64,000 bases of DNA. Origin: an uncultured Sphingobacteriales bacterium. GTDB taxonomy: Bacteria; Bacteroidota; Bacteroidia; Cytophagales; 172606-1. The stretch is taken from the NCBI GenBank assembly GCA_963520985.1, contig CAUQTA010000004.1:76017-140016 (forward strand), read 5' to 3'. Of this stretch, positions 28,968 to 39,321 are shown in pieces (position 1 is the first letter of the stretch; the number at the start of each line of letters is the position of its first letter). Made by a program: the position numbers and the translations under genes. The notes under the pieces are model-generated. The model was given only the letters and a program-made list of their open reading frames with translations. It searched no databases and was not told where the DNA came from.

Positions 28968-31589
28968 ATGAAGAAAACCACCTACCGCAGCCTGTTAAAA
29001 AATAGTATCTTTTCAAAACGAAAAAGCCCCTTGAAATGCAGAGTTCGGATTTCGAAATTCGGGATTCTGGCCGTTGCGCTGCTTTTTGTGTTTGCCGCAT
29101 CGGCGCAAACCGTGTCTTCGCCCGAGACGTTTCTGGGCTACAAACTCGGCGATCAGTTTACTTTTCATGATCGCATTGTCCGGTATTTTGAAACCGTTGC
29201 CGCTCAGGTGCCCGACCAGTGCAAACTGATTCCGTACGGACAAACCTACGAAGGACGACCGTTGATGGCAATGGCCGTAGCCTCTCCCGAAAACCTGAAA
29301 CGGCTGGAAGAAATTCGAACCAACAACCTCAAAATCACCGGAATGCTTTCGGGGGCACCGGCCGCCTCGCAGCCGGCCATTGTGTGGCTGAGCTACAATG
29401 TGCACGGCAACGAAGCCGTTTCGTCGGAGGCGGTGATGCAGGTGTTGTACGACCTGGTCAATCCGGCCAATGCCGAAGCCAAGGAATGGCTGAAAAACAC
29501 CGTGATCCTGCTCGATCCCTGCCTCAATCCGGATGGCCGCGAACGGTACATTCAATGGTATAAACAAGTAGCCAATTATCCGTACCAGCCGTCGCCTTAT
29601 TCCCGCGAACACCAGGAACCTTGGCCGGGCGGGCGGTTTAATCATTATTTGTTTGACCTGAACCGCGACTGGGCCTGGCAAACCCAGCAGGAAACCCAGC
29701 AACGCATTGCCCTTTACAACCAGTGGATGCCGCATTTGCACGCCGACTTTCACGAAATGGGACCCGAAACACCGTATTACTTTGCACCGTCAGCCAAGCC
29801 TTATTACGAGGGGCTTACCCAATGGCAGCGGCAGTTTCAGCAATGGATTGGCGAGGCCAATCGTAAGTATTTCGACAAGAACTATTGGCTTTACTTTACC
29901 CGCGAAAAATACGATTTGTTTTATCCCAGCTTTGGGGATACCTGGCCCTCGTTTAACGGTGCCATCGGCATGACTTACGAACAAGGAGGTGGCGGCCGTG
30001 CCGGCCTGGGTTATCTCACTTCGGAAGGCGATACGCTGACGCTGACCAAACGCATTGCACACCATGTGGCAGCCAGCCATGCCAGCATCGGGGCCGTTGC
30101 CAGCCGCGTAGACCAGGTGGTAAAGGAATTTAAAACGTATTTTGACCAGGCGCGCAATAACCCCACCGGCCCATACAAAGCGTATGTACTGAAAGCACAA
30201 GGCAACGAATCGAAAATCAGAAGCATTGCCGAATTGCTCGACAAAAATGGCATTCGGTACGGATACGCCAGCAAAGGGGCCACCCTGAAAGGGCTTTCGT
30301 ATGGCTCAGGCAAAAGCGAATCGGCCAAAGTGGAAGAGAACGACCTGATCGTCAGTGCATATCAGCCCAAATCGGTGATGCTACGGGCTTTGTTTGATCC
30401 CAAGCCCATGCTCGAAGACTCCCTGACCTACGACCTTACTTCCTGGGCCATTCCGTATGCATTCGGTGTAAATGCCTATGCCCTGACCGATGCCTTTCCG
30501 ACAAATAGTATCTCTGAAAAACCCAAAACCCCGGCCGCAGCGGCGGCTACGTCGGTTTCCAAACCCTACGCCTACCTTGCCGAGTGGAAAGACCTGCGCG
30601 ATGTGAAATTCCTGGCCGCGCTGTTGCAGAAAAAAATCAAGCTGCGCAACAGTGAAAATTCGTTTACCATAAACGGAAAGACCTTTGCACCGGGTACGTT
30701 GCTGATTACGCGCACCGGCAACGAATACATGGGCGATGCTTTTGACAAAACGGTCACCGAGCAGGCTCAGGCAATGGGGGTTACCCTCACGCCGGTTGGA
30801 ACGGGCTTTGTGGAAAAAGGATTTGATTTCGGTTCGGATTACCAGCATTTTATCCGTGCTCCGCGCATTGCCGTAGTTGCCGGATCGGGCATCGCCACCG
30901 ATGGCGTCAGTTCCACCTGGCATTTCTTCGAACGGCAGATCAACTACCCCGTTACCCTACTGGACCCGAGTCGGTTAGCCAGTGTACCGCTTTCTAAGTT
31001 CGATGTACTCATATTCCCTTCGGGCTCCTACGGCAATGTATTGAATGACCGCATGGTGGCCAAACTGAAAGAATGGATTCAGGATGGCGGAAAGGTAATC
31101 GCATTGGAAAATGCCGCCGAAGACCTGGGCGAAAAGCAAGGTTTTGAATGGAAAGTGAAACCGGACGGCAAACCAACTCCCAAAAAAGTAGGCTCGCCGT
31201 CTGACACACTGAAAACCTACGGGCAACGCGACCGGGACTACATCACCCAGGACATTCAGGGCAGCATTTACCAGGTAACATTGGACGTCACGCATCCACT
31301 GGCCTTTGGCTATGACAAAACGTACTATGCCTTGCTGCGCAACGGCACTCCATATGAACTGATGAAAGACGGCTGGAATGTGGGTTATCTCCCTGCCAAC
31401 GGCCATCTGTCGGGGCACGTGGGCTACAAGACCAAAGCCAAACTGCAAAACTCGGCGGTGCTGGGTGTGCAGGAAATGGGCCGCGGACAAATCGTGTACA
31501 TGGCCGAAAATCCCGTTTTCCGGGCTTTCTGGCATAGCGGCAAGCTTATGTTTGGCAATGCCATTTTTCTGGTAGGCCAGGCCAATTAA
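28968..31589 (+). CDS. M14 family zinc carboxypeptidase with a C-terminal GATase-like domain
   Basis: NVHGNE, NPDGRER, DLNRDW and DFHEM motifs; signal-like segment GILAVALLFVFAASA; start codon uncertain. Confidence 0.88.
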   Translation: MKKTTYRSLLKNSIFSKRKSPLKCRVRISKFGILAVALLFVFAASAQTVSSPETFLGYKLGDQFTFHDRIVRYFETVAAQVPDQCKLIPYGQTYEGRPLMAMAVASPENLKRLEEIRTNNLKITGMLSGAPAASQPAIVWLSYNVHGNEAVSSEAVMQVLYDLVNPANAEAKEWLKNTVILLDPCLNPDGRERYIQWYKQVANYPYQPSPYSREHQEPWPGGRFNHYLFDLNRDWAWQTQQETQQRIALYNQWMPHLHADFHEMGPETPYYFAPSAKPYYEGLTQWQRQFQQWIGEANRKYFDKNYWLYFTREKYDLFYPSFGDTWPSFNGAIGMTYEQGGGGRAGLGYLTSEGDTLTLTKRIAHHVAASHASIGAVASRVDQVVKEFKTYFDQARNNPTGPYKAYVLKAQGNESKIRSIAELLDKNGIRYGYASKGATLKGLSYGSGKSESAKVEENDLIVSAYQPKSVMLRALFDPKPMLEDSLTYDLTSWAIPYAFGVNAYALTDAFPTNSISEKPKTPAAAAATSVSKPYAYLAEWKDLRDVKFLAALLQKKIKLRNSENSFTINGKTFAPGTLLITRTGNEYMGDAFDKTVTEQAQAMGVTLTPVGTGFVEKGFDFGSDYQHFIRAPRIAVVAGSGIATDGVSSTWHFFERQINYPVTLLDPSRLASVPLSKFDVLIFPSGSYGNVLNDRMVAKLKEWIQDGGKVIALENAAEDLGEKQGFEWKVKPDGKPTPKKVGSPSDTLKTYGQRDRDYITQDIQGSIYQVTLDVTHPLAFGYDKTYYALLRNGTPYELMKDGWNVGYLPANGHLSGHVGYKTKAKLQNSAVLGVQEMGRGQIVYMAENPVFRAFWHSGKLMFGNAIFLVGQAN

Positions 31590-31603
31590 AAATAATAGGA
31601 GTT

Positions 31604-31650
31604 AAAAGCGGAAAACCCCGGTAGTTGCCATCGGGGTTTTCCGCTTTTTT
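31604..31650. terminator. Bidirectional intrinsic terminator
   Basis: aaaagcggaaaaccccg...cggggttttccgctttt between convergent genes. Confidence 0.85.
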
Positions 31651-31653
31651 TAC

Positions 31654-32088
31654 TTAGTAGGTAGAATTATTCGCTAGACCTGTCGTACGGCTTGCAATTC
31701 GGATGGCTGGGTTAATGGCAAGCAAGTCACTGATAAATGTTTGTTTGTCTTTGGGTGAAACAAGCACAAAGCCTTTTGAATGAGTGATTTCCAGACGATT
31801 CAGCGAAGCTGCGGGTGCACTTGTCGGATTATAGGTTTGGCGCAGTTGGGTGATATCGCCTATCTCAATGGTTTCATGAATCAAGACTCCGCATTTTACT
31901 ATCAAGGTGGTGCCTGTGATCCTGTATGAAATCGTCAGTAGTACGTAGCCACTGAATGCCATTGCCAGACTAATAATAAGCATCCCCAGCCAATCTGCGG
32001 CACTGATTACCCTATAAGCCGCCATTCCCAAAATGCCAAGCAAAGGCACAAGTAACTCCAATCCGATTTTAGATTTATAGACTTTCAT
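31654..32088 (-). CDS. Bacterial PH-domain membrane protein
   Basis: YKSKIG start, two TM segments, SAPAASLNRLEI and VSPKDK motifs. Confidence 0.75.
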   Translation of the reverse strand: MKVYKSKIGLELLVPLLGILGMAAYRVISAADWLGMLIISLAMAFSGYVLLTISYRITGTTLIVKCGVLIHETIEIGDITQLRQTYNPTSAPAASLNRLEITHSKGFVLVSPKDKQTFISDLLAINPAIRIASRTTGLANNSTY

Positions 32089-32435
32089 TTTGCGTAGGTT
32101 GTTTTGCCGATAATAAGTAAGAGTTAATCTGTTAACTCAAAAAAGAATAAGTACCAATGAGAGAGAATAACTCTGAGGTATCTGATTGAAGGAAGTTTAC
32201 ATGACAGAGTTTGTTTCAGGTTGAGAAAAGCGCAGTAATGTATTGAAAAAAATAACCATTTGGAGGTTTCGGTGTTAGTAAGGATACTATTTTTATTTGA
32301 GGATCTTACTAGATACACTTCTATCAGACACCGCCAAAATTTGTTTTCGATTTGACGAGTTAATCCTTACCTTTGCTCACTCTGGCGAAAAACAACACAA
32401 AGAGTCGTTATTATTCCATTAAGCTTTGACAACTA

Positions 32436-33149
32436 GTGAAATATTATAAGTATTTTCTGCTCAGCCTGGCAGTGATTATTCTGGATCAGGTGGTGAAGAT
32501 GGTCGTGCACTTCAATATGTTTCCCGGGCAAGAAATAGCAGTGTTTGGCGATTGGTTTAAGATTCATTACACCCGCAACCCCGGAATGGCCTTTGGCATC
32601 GTGCTCGACTACCAATACGGCAAACTGATACTGACGGTTTTTCGGTTGTTTGCCATGGTGGGCATTGGCTACTACCTGTATTACCTGGCCCAAAAGGGCG
32701 TGCATCAGGGCTTGCTTTGGTGTACATCGCTGATCCTGGGGGGTGCCGTGGGTAACGTGATCGATAGTACGTTTTACGGCAAGTTCTTGGGACTGGTTGC
32801 CGAAATCCCTACGCCCAATGGCCCGGTAGCCCCGCCTACCACGTGGTTTCACGGCGAAGTGGTGGACATGTTTTATTTTGACATCTGGAAAGGCTATCTG
32901 CCCGAGTGGATTCCAAAGATGGGCGGCGAATATTATTCGTTGTGGCCTATTTTTAACATTGCCGATGCGTCTATTTTCGTGGGCGTGGCCATTATCCTGA
33001 TTATGCAGCGGCGGTATTTCGCTCATCACGACCCCAAGCCGGAAACGACAGACACCAACCCTGCCGTAGATACCCCGGCTACTCCTTTTCCAACCGACGA
33101 ATCACCGGTAACATACGATACGCCCAGAACACAACTGGATAACGAATGA
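32436..33149 (+). CDS. lspA: Lipoprotein signal peptidase (signal peptidase II)
   Basis: DQVVK, NPGMAFG, GAVGNVID, GEVVDM and IFNIADA motifs. Confidence 0.95.
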   Translation: MKYYKYFLLSLAVIILDQVVKMVVHFNMFPGQEIAVFGDWFKIHYTRNPGMAFGIVLDYQYGKLILTVFRLFAMVGIGYYLYYLAQKGVHQGLLWCTSLILGGAVGNVIDSTFYGKFLGLVAEIPTPNGPVAPPTTWFHGEVVDMFYFDIWKGYLPEWIPKMGGEYYSLWPIFNIADASIFVGVAIILIMQRRYFAHHDPKPETTDTNPAVDTPATPFPTDESPVTYDTPRTQLDNE

Positions 33150-33194
33150 ATCAAAGCCCTGGCCGCAGCCAGGGTTTTGTGTTTTTGAGGGATA

Positions 33195-34070
33195 CTATTT
33201 TTGAATCACTGGGAAGTTTCTTTGGGAAGTTTTTTTCGGTAGACGATTGGTAATGAGGACAACTAGCGTTGTAATTCCGATGCAGAGAAGTGTCCAACGC
33301 AGATATGCATGAGTGCGGCGATATCGAATCAATGGCATCAATCCAATGTCAGCATAAATCTTTTCAAAAGGAAGTGGCAATCGGCTACAGCCTCCACAGG
33401 TATTTACAAATCCTTTTTTTTGGGCTAATACGGTTATGACTCTCAATTCTTCTTCGGAGATGGAATAATCTTGTTCTATCAACTGCTTGTAAGCCTCCAG
33501 TGCATAGAGCTGTTTTTCGGCATTTGCCGATTTCAACCATTTTCGCAGTTCGCTTATTTCTTTTTGTTGAATCATTTTATTCAAGGCTGCTCTGTATGGT
33601 GGCATTATGCCAGCCAGCCCGCAATAATCTCCGTAAACGATTGATGCCGAGAATAGATCCTCAGCGGCAGGAGGCGTCTGATAGGTTTGCTGAAAACTGT
33701 TTAAGAACGCCTTATAAGACGATGTGTCTGTTTTTTCATCGATTATTTTTTCGTTTTCTTCGCTGTTTTCTCCAACATAGACAAGTTGACATAACTTGTA
33801 ATAAATGATTTTCTTATCTGTTGAGAGAAGATAAATCTTAAAGTGACGATAATAGGTTCCTTTTGTATCTGTAAGATGAATCAATTCTTCTTTGTAATCA
33901 GATACAACTGTTCGAGGTAGTACTTCCCAGGTATATTCAGAAATAGTTTTAAGTTGTTTGCGAAAAGTGAGATAATCACCTTCTTGTAACAAGGATTTTA
34001 GCGTAGTATCTACTTGACCTTTAACGGTATAACCCATGCAAAAAAGGAATAGAAAGAATGTGGTTTTCAT
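33195..34070 (-). CDS. Hypothetical exported protein with a C-terminal TM segment
   Basis: Signal peptide and C-terminal hydrophobic anchor; AT-rich relative to its neighbours; contains TCGGC. Confidence 0.65.
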   Translation of the reverse strand: MKTTFFLFLFCMGYTVKGQVDTTLKSLLQEGDYLTFRKQLKTISEYTWEVLPRTVVSDYKEELIHLTDTKGTYYRHFKIYLLSTDKKIIYYKLCQLVYVGENSEENEKIIDEKTDTSSYKAFLNSFQQTYQTPPAAEDLFSASIVYGDYCGLAGIMPPYRAALNKMIQQKEISELRKWLKSANAEKQLYALEAYKQLIEQDYSISEEELRVITVLAQKKGFVNTCGGCSRLPLPFEKIYADIGLMPLIRYRRTHAYLRWTLLCIGITTLVVLITNRLPKKTSQRNFPVIQK

Positions 34071-34149
34071 CATTAATGAGTTCAAGTGCCCGCATTTGGG
34101 GATTTTGTTCTGATTGATAGCGTTTATAGGTCAATGGTGAACAGGAACT

Positions 34150-35604
34150 TCAAATTAACTGCGAAAGTTTCTTCACCAAAGGTTCCATTTCCTCTACCGC
34201 AAGCGAGGCGAATCCAATACGTGTGGCATTCAAACCTGGAGAGTCGTAGCTTTGTCCATTGCCTAGCAGAAGTCCGCTTTGCTGAGCCTTTTGTGACAAG
34301 GCAGGCAGGTCTATTTCCGAAGCAAACGTTCCCCACACCGCCATTCCTCCATCCGGAACCTTAAATGAAAGGGCTTCGGTCAGATGCGTTTGCAGCAGTT
34401 CGCAAAAATAATCGCGCCGTTGGTGATAGAGTTTCTGCGCTTTTTTTAAGTGCCGTTTCAATTCCCCTTCGGCAATGAGTTCGGCAATGGCCTGTTCCAG
34501 AATGGTGTCGCCCTGCCGGTCCATGATGCGGCGCAGATAGCCCGCCTCTTCAATCAGATTCCGTGGTGCTACCAGGTATCCCACCCGAAATGCTGGCGCA
34601 ATGGCCTTGGTTAGTGAGCCCACATATACCACCATGCCTTGCGTATCGGCACTAGCCAGCGGCAAAATGGGACTGCTGGCATAATGGAAATCGTAATCGT
34701 AATCGTCTTCAATAATGGCAAAGCCGTACTGATGAGCCAGTTGCAATAACCGGATGCGGCGTTCGGCACTGAGCGTAACCGTAGTAGGGTAGTGGTGATG
34801 CGGCGTTACGTACAACAGCCGGATGGGTTGCCGACGGCAAAGTTGTTCAATGTGGTCTACCGATATTCCCTGCCCATCCATGGGAACTTTTAACAGTGTT
34901 GTGTTCAAATGTCGGAAGATCAGGTTGGCCGCCAGGTAATTGGTTTCGCCAACCACTACCCGGTCGCCCGGCTGACAGATGAGTTTGGCAGCCAGGTGTA
35001 TGCCCATGACACTGCCTCGCGTAATGCAAATAGTATCTTCCGAAACAGCCAAACCCCGGCTCTGCTGCAGGTATTCGGCCAGTTGCTGCCTCAGATACAG
35101 ATTGCCCAGCGTATCGGAATAAGACAGCAGATTGCGCTGGAAACTGCGCTGCATAATGGTGCGATATTTACGGGCCAGCGTATCCACCGGAGCCAGACGG
35201 ATATCCGGAAAACCATCATCGAAACCCACTAATTTTCCTGCTTTCACTACTGCCCGATGCAAGTGGCTATGGTCGACCAATGCAAAACCCGTGTGTTTGG
35301 GAAATGCACTGGTTTCGGTAGTGGTAATTTTCTGCGGTGGGATTTCGGGTAATTTATCGCTGACAAACGTGCCGCGGGAGGGCTGTTGGGTAATCCAGCC
35401 TTGCGATAGCAGATCATCGTAAGCACGAATCACGGTTTTGCGGTGGACTTCCAACTGCTGGGCCAAATGCCGAGTACCGGGCAATTTGGTACCTGAAGCA
35501 ATAACCCCTTGCCGAATGTTTCGAATCAGCCCATTGGTGATTTGCAGATACACCGGAACCGGAGATTGGCGGTCAAACGAAAGAAGTGAAGCGTAAGGCA
35601 ACAT
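34150..35604 (-). CDS. MocR/GabR family regulator (GntR HTH plus PLP aminotransferase domain)
   Basis: KLPGTRHLAQQLEVHRKTVIRAY HTH; YVTPHHHYPT, IEDDYD and GSLTKAIAPAFRVGY. Confidence 0.93.
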   Translation of the reverse strand: MLPYASLLSFDRQSPVPVYLQITNGLIRNIRQGVIASGTKLPGTRHLAQQLEVHRKTVIRAYDDLLSQGWITQQPSRGTFVSDKLPEIPPQKITTTETSAFPKHTGFALVDHSHLHRAVVKAGKLVGFDDGFPDIRLAPVDTLARKYRTIMQRSFQRNLLSYSDTLGNLYLRQQLAEYLQQSRGLAVSEDTICITRGSVMGIHLAAKLICQPGDRVVVGETNYLAANLIFRHLNTTLLKVPMDGQGISVDHIEQLCRRQPIRLLYVTPHHHYPTTVTLSAERRIRLLQLAHQYGFAIIEDDYDYDFHYASSPILPLASADTQGMVVYVGSLTKAIAPAFRVGYLVAPRNLIEEAGYLRRIMDRQGDTILEQAIAELIAEGELKRHLKKAQKLYHQRRDYFCELLQTHLTEALSFKVPDGGMAVWGTFASEIDLPALSQKAQQSGLLLGNGQSYDSPGLNATRIGFASLAVEEMEPLVKKLSQLI

Positions 35605-35605
35605 A

Positions 35606-35651
35606 AAACCGGACTACTTAGAATATGAAAACTGGATGACAAAGGTAGTCC
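35606..35651. promoter_or_regulatory. Putative MocR-family operator
   Basis: aaaccGGACTAC (35606-35617), aaactGGATGAC (35629-35640, direct) and GTAGTCC (35645-35651, inverted) in the divergent intergenic region. Confidence 0.6.
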
Positions 35652-35708
35652 TGTGACATGATATCTTGCCTATCAGAGACCAGAAAAATCTTGGTTCGAC
35701 GAAAAACA

Positions 35709-36380
35709 ATGGATGTTAAATCAAAATTAATCGAAGCAGAGACAAAGGCGCTGGTCTTGTTTCAGGAAATAGAAAGGCGAGGAATTATTGTGCCTCATAA
35801 AACTGAGAAACAAATCAATACCGAGGTATTTGACTTAGCCAAAGAGCTATTTGGCATTGAAAAGTATTGGCACAAACGAATCGTACGGGCAGGCGCTAAT
35901 ACATTGCGCCCCTATGACGACAATCCGCCTGATTTGGTTTTACAATCGAATGATATCGTGTTTCTGGATTTCGGGCCAATTTTTGATGATTATGAAGCAG
36001 ATTTTGGCCGAACCTATGTACTAGGGAATGATTCATACAAGTTAAAACTCAAGAATGATATAGAGGTAGCCTGGTATGAAATAAAAAAATGGTTTGATGA
36101 AAAAACAACCTTGACAGGCTCTGAATTTTTTGGGCACATAATGAAGGTGACTCAAAAATACCAATGGACGTATGGGAGCGAGATTGCCGGGCATTTGATT
36201 GGCCAGTTTCCCCATGAACGACTAGAACCTCAGAATTATGGATTGTATGTACACAAAGAAAATCACAATGACATGTTTCTGCCCGATAAGAATGGAGATC
36301 AGAGGCATTGGATATTGGAAATTCATTTTATTGACGCAGAAAAACAAATAGGAGGATTTTTTGAACAACTATTAATCTAA
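35709..36380 (+). CDS. M24 family metallopeptidase-like protein
   Basis: WHKRIVRAG, FLDFGPIF, ADFGRTYV and GHLIGQFPHE motifs. Confidence 0.8.
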   Translation: MDVKSKLIEAETKALVLFQEIERRGIIVPHKTEKQINTEVFDLAKELFGIEKYWHKRIVRAGANTLRPYDDNPPDLVLQSNDIVFLDFGPIFDDYEADFGRTYVLGNDSYKLKLKNDIEVAWYEIKKWFDEKTTLTGSEFFGHIMKVTQKYQWTYGSEIAGHLIGQFPHERLEPQNYGLYVHKENHNDMFLPDKNGDQRHWILEIHFIDAEKQIGGFFEQLLI

Positions 36381-36396
36381 CAAAAATAACTACGTG

Positions 36397-36747
36397 ATGC
36401 CTACCGTGAATCTTTTCTCTTATGGAACGCTCCAGCTGGAAAATGTACAAATAACCAACTATGGCCGACGATTGACAGGCCAAACAGACGAGTTGGCAGG
36501 CTACCGGCTTTCAATGGTTGAAATAACTGATCAATCCGTAGTAGGAGCAAGTGGATTGAGTTACCATCCGATGATTAGTTTTACGGGGTGTGACACAGAT
36601 AGGGTCAAAGGGACCATTTTTGAAATTTCAGCAGAGGAATTGCAGCAGACTGACTTATATGAAGTGAGTGAGTATAGGCGAATTCAAGTGACATTGCATT
36701 CAGGAAAAATGGCTTGGGTATATGTTGATTCGAATACTGAAAAGTAA
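36397..36747 (+). CDS. Gamma-glutamylcyclotransferase (AIG2-like) family protein
   Basis: LFSYGTLQ, DLYE and AWVYV motifs. Confidence 0.85.
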   Translation: MPTVNLFSYGTLQLENVQITNYGRRLTGQTDELAGYRLSMVEITDQSVVGASGLSYHPMISFTGCDTDRVKGTIFEISAEELQQTDLYEVSEYRRIQVTLHSGKMAWVYVDSNTEK

Positions 36748-36901
36748 CAGGCAATCCTCATCTAGGATTGGCCGAACCGGTTCCCATTGACTGATTCTGA
36801 GAAGCCGAAAACGATGTCTGTAGTTATTGTAGCCTGGCGATACGAATGCTTGTAACTAAAGTCAGCAAGCCGATTTTTCATTTTCAAATCCTACTATTTC
36901 T

Positions 36902-37408
36902 ATGAAACCACTGCAAACCGAATACCCGCCCTACGCCGAACTGTATGTGTCGCAACTGGGTGAGAGTGAAAATCCGATTGATTTTCTGGAAACGAAAGCT
37001 GCGTGGCAACTGCTGCATGCGCTTTCCGACGAACAAAGCCAGCACCGCTATGCCGAAGACAAATGGAGCATCAAGGAACTGCTGGGCCACATGATTGATA
37101 CCGAACGGATCTTTGCCTATCGCGCGTTGTGCTTGGCCCGAGGAGAAAAACAGCCCTTGCCCGGTTTTGACGAAAAAGCCTATGCGCAAAACGCACATTT
37201 TGAAAAACGCACCTTTGCCGGTCTACTGGCTGAATACCTGGCCGTGCGGGAAGCCACGCTCTGTCTGTTGAAAAGCTTTGAGGCAAATGCGTTATCTGAA
37301 GTCGGCACCACCAGCGGCTACCCAACCTCGGTGAACGCGTTGGTCTATATCATTGCCGGGCACGAACGGCACCACGTCACTATTTTGAAAGAAAGATATT
37401 TACACTAA
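36902..37408 (+). CDS. DinB family protein
   Basis: KWSIKELLGHMIDTERIFAYRAL and IAGHERHH metal-binding motifs. Confidence 0.88.
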   Translation: MKPLQTEYPPYAELYVSQLGESENPIDFLETKAAWQLLHALSDEQSQHRYAEDKWSIKELLGHMIDTERIFAYRALCLARGEKQPLPGFDEKAYAQNAHFEKRTFAGLLAEYLAVREATLCLLKSFEANALSEVGTTSGYPTSVNALVYIIAGHERHHVTILKERYLH

Positions 37409-37426
37409 CTAACCCGTTCTGCAATT

Positions 37427-38086
37427 ATGGAAAACTCAACTGCCTTTCAACCTACCGAAAAAACAACCCCTTCCCGCCTGGCCAAACGCGGCGTGTACGA
37501 CCGGGAAACCATTTATTCCATTCTGGACGAAGCCCTGGTATGCCACGTAAGCTATGTGGCTAACGGACAGCCGTTTATCATTCCCATCAGTTATGGTCGT
37601 ATCGGGGACAAACTGTACCTGCACGGATCGGTGGGCAGTCATTTCTTTCGCGAACTTGCCAAAGGAATTGATGTATGCATTGCCGTCACCTTGCTGGATG
37701 GGTTGGTGCTTGCCCGCTCCACGTTTCACCACTCGGTCAATTATCGGTCAGTCGTGATTTTTGGCAAAACCGAACTGGTCACCGACGAAACTGAACGTTG
37801 GAATGCCCTGGAAAGCTTTACCGAACACATCATTCCGGGGCGCTGGGCAGAAGCACGCGAACCCAATGCCAGCGAAATGAAAAAGACCATGGTGGTGGCC
37901 GTTTCGCTGGAAGAAGCTTCGGCCAAGGTGCGTACCGGCGGCGTGAGCGACGACCCGGAAGACATGGACTTGCCTGTGTGGGCGGGTGTGTTGCCGCTGA
38001 AACTTACACCGCAGCTTCCTATGCCCGATGCCGCACTCAATGCTAAAATCGCCCTGCCCGATTACATCAAAAATTACACACGATAG
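37427..38086 (+). CDS. Pyridoxamine 5'-phosphate oxidase-related FMN-binding protein
   Basis: LYLHGS, DGLVLARSTFHHSVNYRSVV, SAKVRTG and WAGVLP motifs. Confidence 0.9.
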   Translation: MENSTAFQPTEKTTPSRLAKRGVYDRETIYSILDEALVCHVSYVANGQPFIIPISYGRIGDKLYLHGSVGSHFFRELAKGIDVCIAVTLLDGLVLARSTFHHSVNYRSVVIFGKTELVTDETERWNALESFTEHIIPGRWAEAREPNASEMKKTMVVAVSLEEASAKVRTGGVSDDPEDMDLPVWAGVLPLKLTPQLPMPDAALNAKIALPDYIKNYTR

Positions 38087-38154
38087 GGTTTTCATCCGGA
38101 AATTTATACTATTTTCAACGCAGATCGCTTTTCAACAAACTTTCTGCGTTTTTT

Positions 38155-39192
38155 ATGAAATATTTTTTCCTGTTTTTTCTCTATTCATTTCCCTTTCTCT
38201 CACAGGCTCAATGGATTACGCAAACCAGCGGAACCGATGCCAGTTTTCGCACCGTGTGCGCCATTGACAAGAACACTTGCTGGGTAAGCGGCTCAGCGGG
38301 TACCGTTTTGAAAACAATTGATGGCGGGACAACCTGGCAAAAACTGCCTGTTCCTGAGGCTGATAAACTCGATTTTCGGGACATTCATGCGTTTGATGCC
38401 AACTCGGCCCTTGTCATGAGTGCAGGCGAGGCGTCGGAAGGGAAAGCTCGTTTTTATAAAACTACGGATGGCGGCCGCACTTGGAAATTAGTCTATTCTA
38501 CTGAGCAAAAAGGGGTGTTTTTTGATTCCATGGATTTTTGGGATAACAAAAACGGCATTGCCTTTAGCGACCCGGTTGACGGCAAGTTTTACATCATCGT
38601 CACGCTCGATGGCGGCAATAGCTGGACACCTGTAAATCTGCAGAACATTCCATCGGTGCGGGAAGGCGAAGCTGCCTTTGCTGCCAGCGGAACCGCGTTG
38701 GTGGTGCAAGGCAAAGCAAACGCCTGGATTGGCACGGGCGGCGAAAACGGGGGACGTGTTTTTTATTCAAACGACCAGGGGCAAACCTGGCAAGTAGCTG
38801 AAACGAGCATCAAAGCAGGCAAAACCTCAGGGATATTTGGCATACGTTTCTGGAATGCCAAAAACGGCATGGCGATTGGCGGGAACTACGAAGACGTCAC
38901 CGATTTGTCACTGAATGTAAATACTACCTCCGACGGAGGCAAAACCTGGCTGGCGGCCACCCGCACCAATCCGGTCGGTTTGAAAGAAGGCGTAGCCGTG
39001 TACGACAACAAAATCTTAGTGGCGGTAGGACCTTCGGGAACCTGCTATTCAACGGATTTTGGCAAAACCTGGGTGAAAATCGACAATTCGGCTCTGCATG
39101 CGGTGAGTTTCCGGGGAAAAACCGGTTGGGCCGTAGGAGGCAAGGGACAGATTGTCAAGTTTGAGGACGCCATTTTGATAAAAAACAAGTAA
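38155..39192 (+). CDS. YCF48-like / BNR (Asp-box) beta-propeller secreted protein
   Basis: Signal peptide; repeated TxDGGxTW Asp-boxes; EAAFAASGT. Confidence 0.85.
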   Translation: MKYFFLFFLYSFPFLSQAQWITQTSGTDASFRTVCAIDKNTCWVSGSAGTVLKTIDGGTTWQKLPVPEADKLDFRDIHAFDANSALVMSAGEASEGKARFYKTTDGGRTWKLVYSTEQKGVFFDSMDFWDNKNGIAFSDPVDGKFYIIVTLDGGNSWTPVNLQNIPSVREGEAAFAASGTALVVQGKANAWIGTGGENGGRVFYSNDQGQTWQVAETSIKAGKTSGIFGIRFWNAKNGMAIGGNYEDVTDLSLNVNTTSDGGKTWLAATRTNPVGLKEGVAVYDNKILVAVGPSGTCYSTDFGKTWVKIDNSALHAVSFRGKTGWAVGGKGQIVKFEDAILIKNK

Positions 39193-39202
39193 AGATTTTA
39201 GG

Positions 39203-39255
39203 TCTTGTAGTTCCGATTGGCAATCGGAGCAGCATCCACAGGATGCTTGAAGCCT
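39203..39255 (+). repeat. REP-like palindromic repeat with GTAG end, copy 2
   Basis: GTAG-ttccgattggcaatcggag followed by the second hairpin agcatcc-aca-ggatgct; homologous to 3483-3536. Confidence 0.75.
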
Positions 39256-39321
39256 TTCCCTGCCAACGAAAAAACGGCTTACTACTTATTTACAGACTCA
39301 CCCTGCAATTTGTTTATACAT

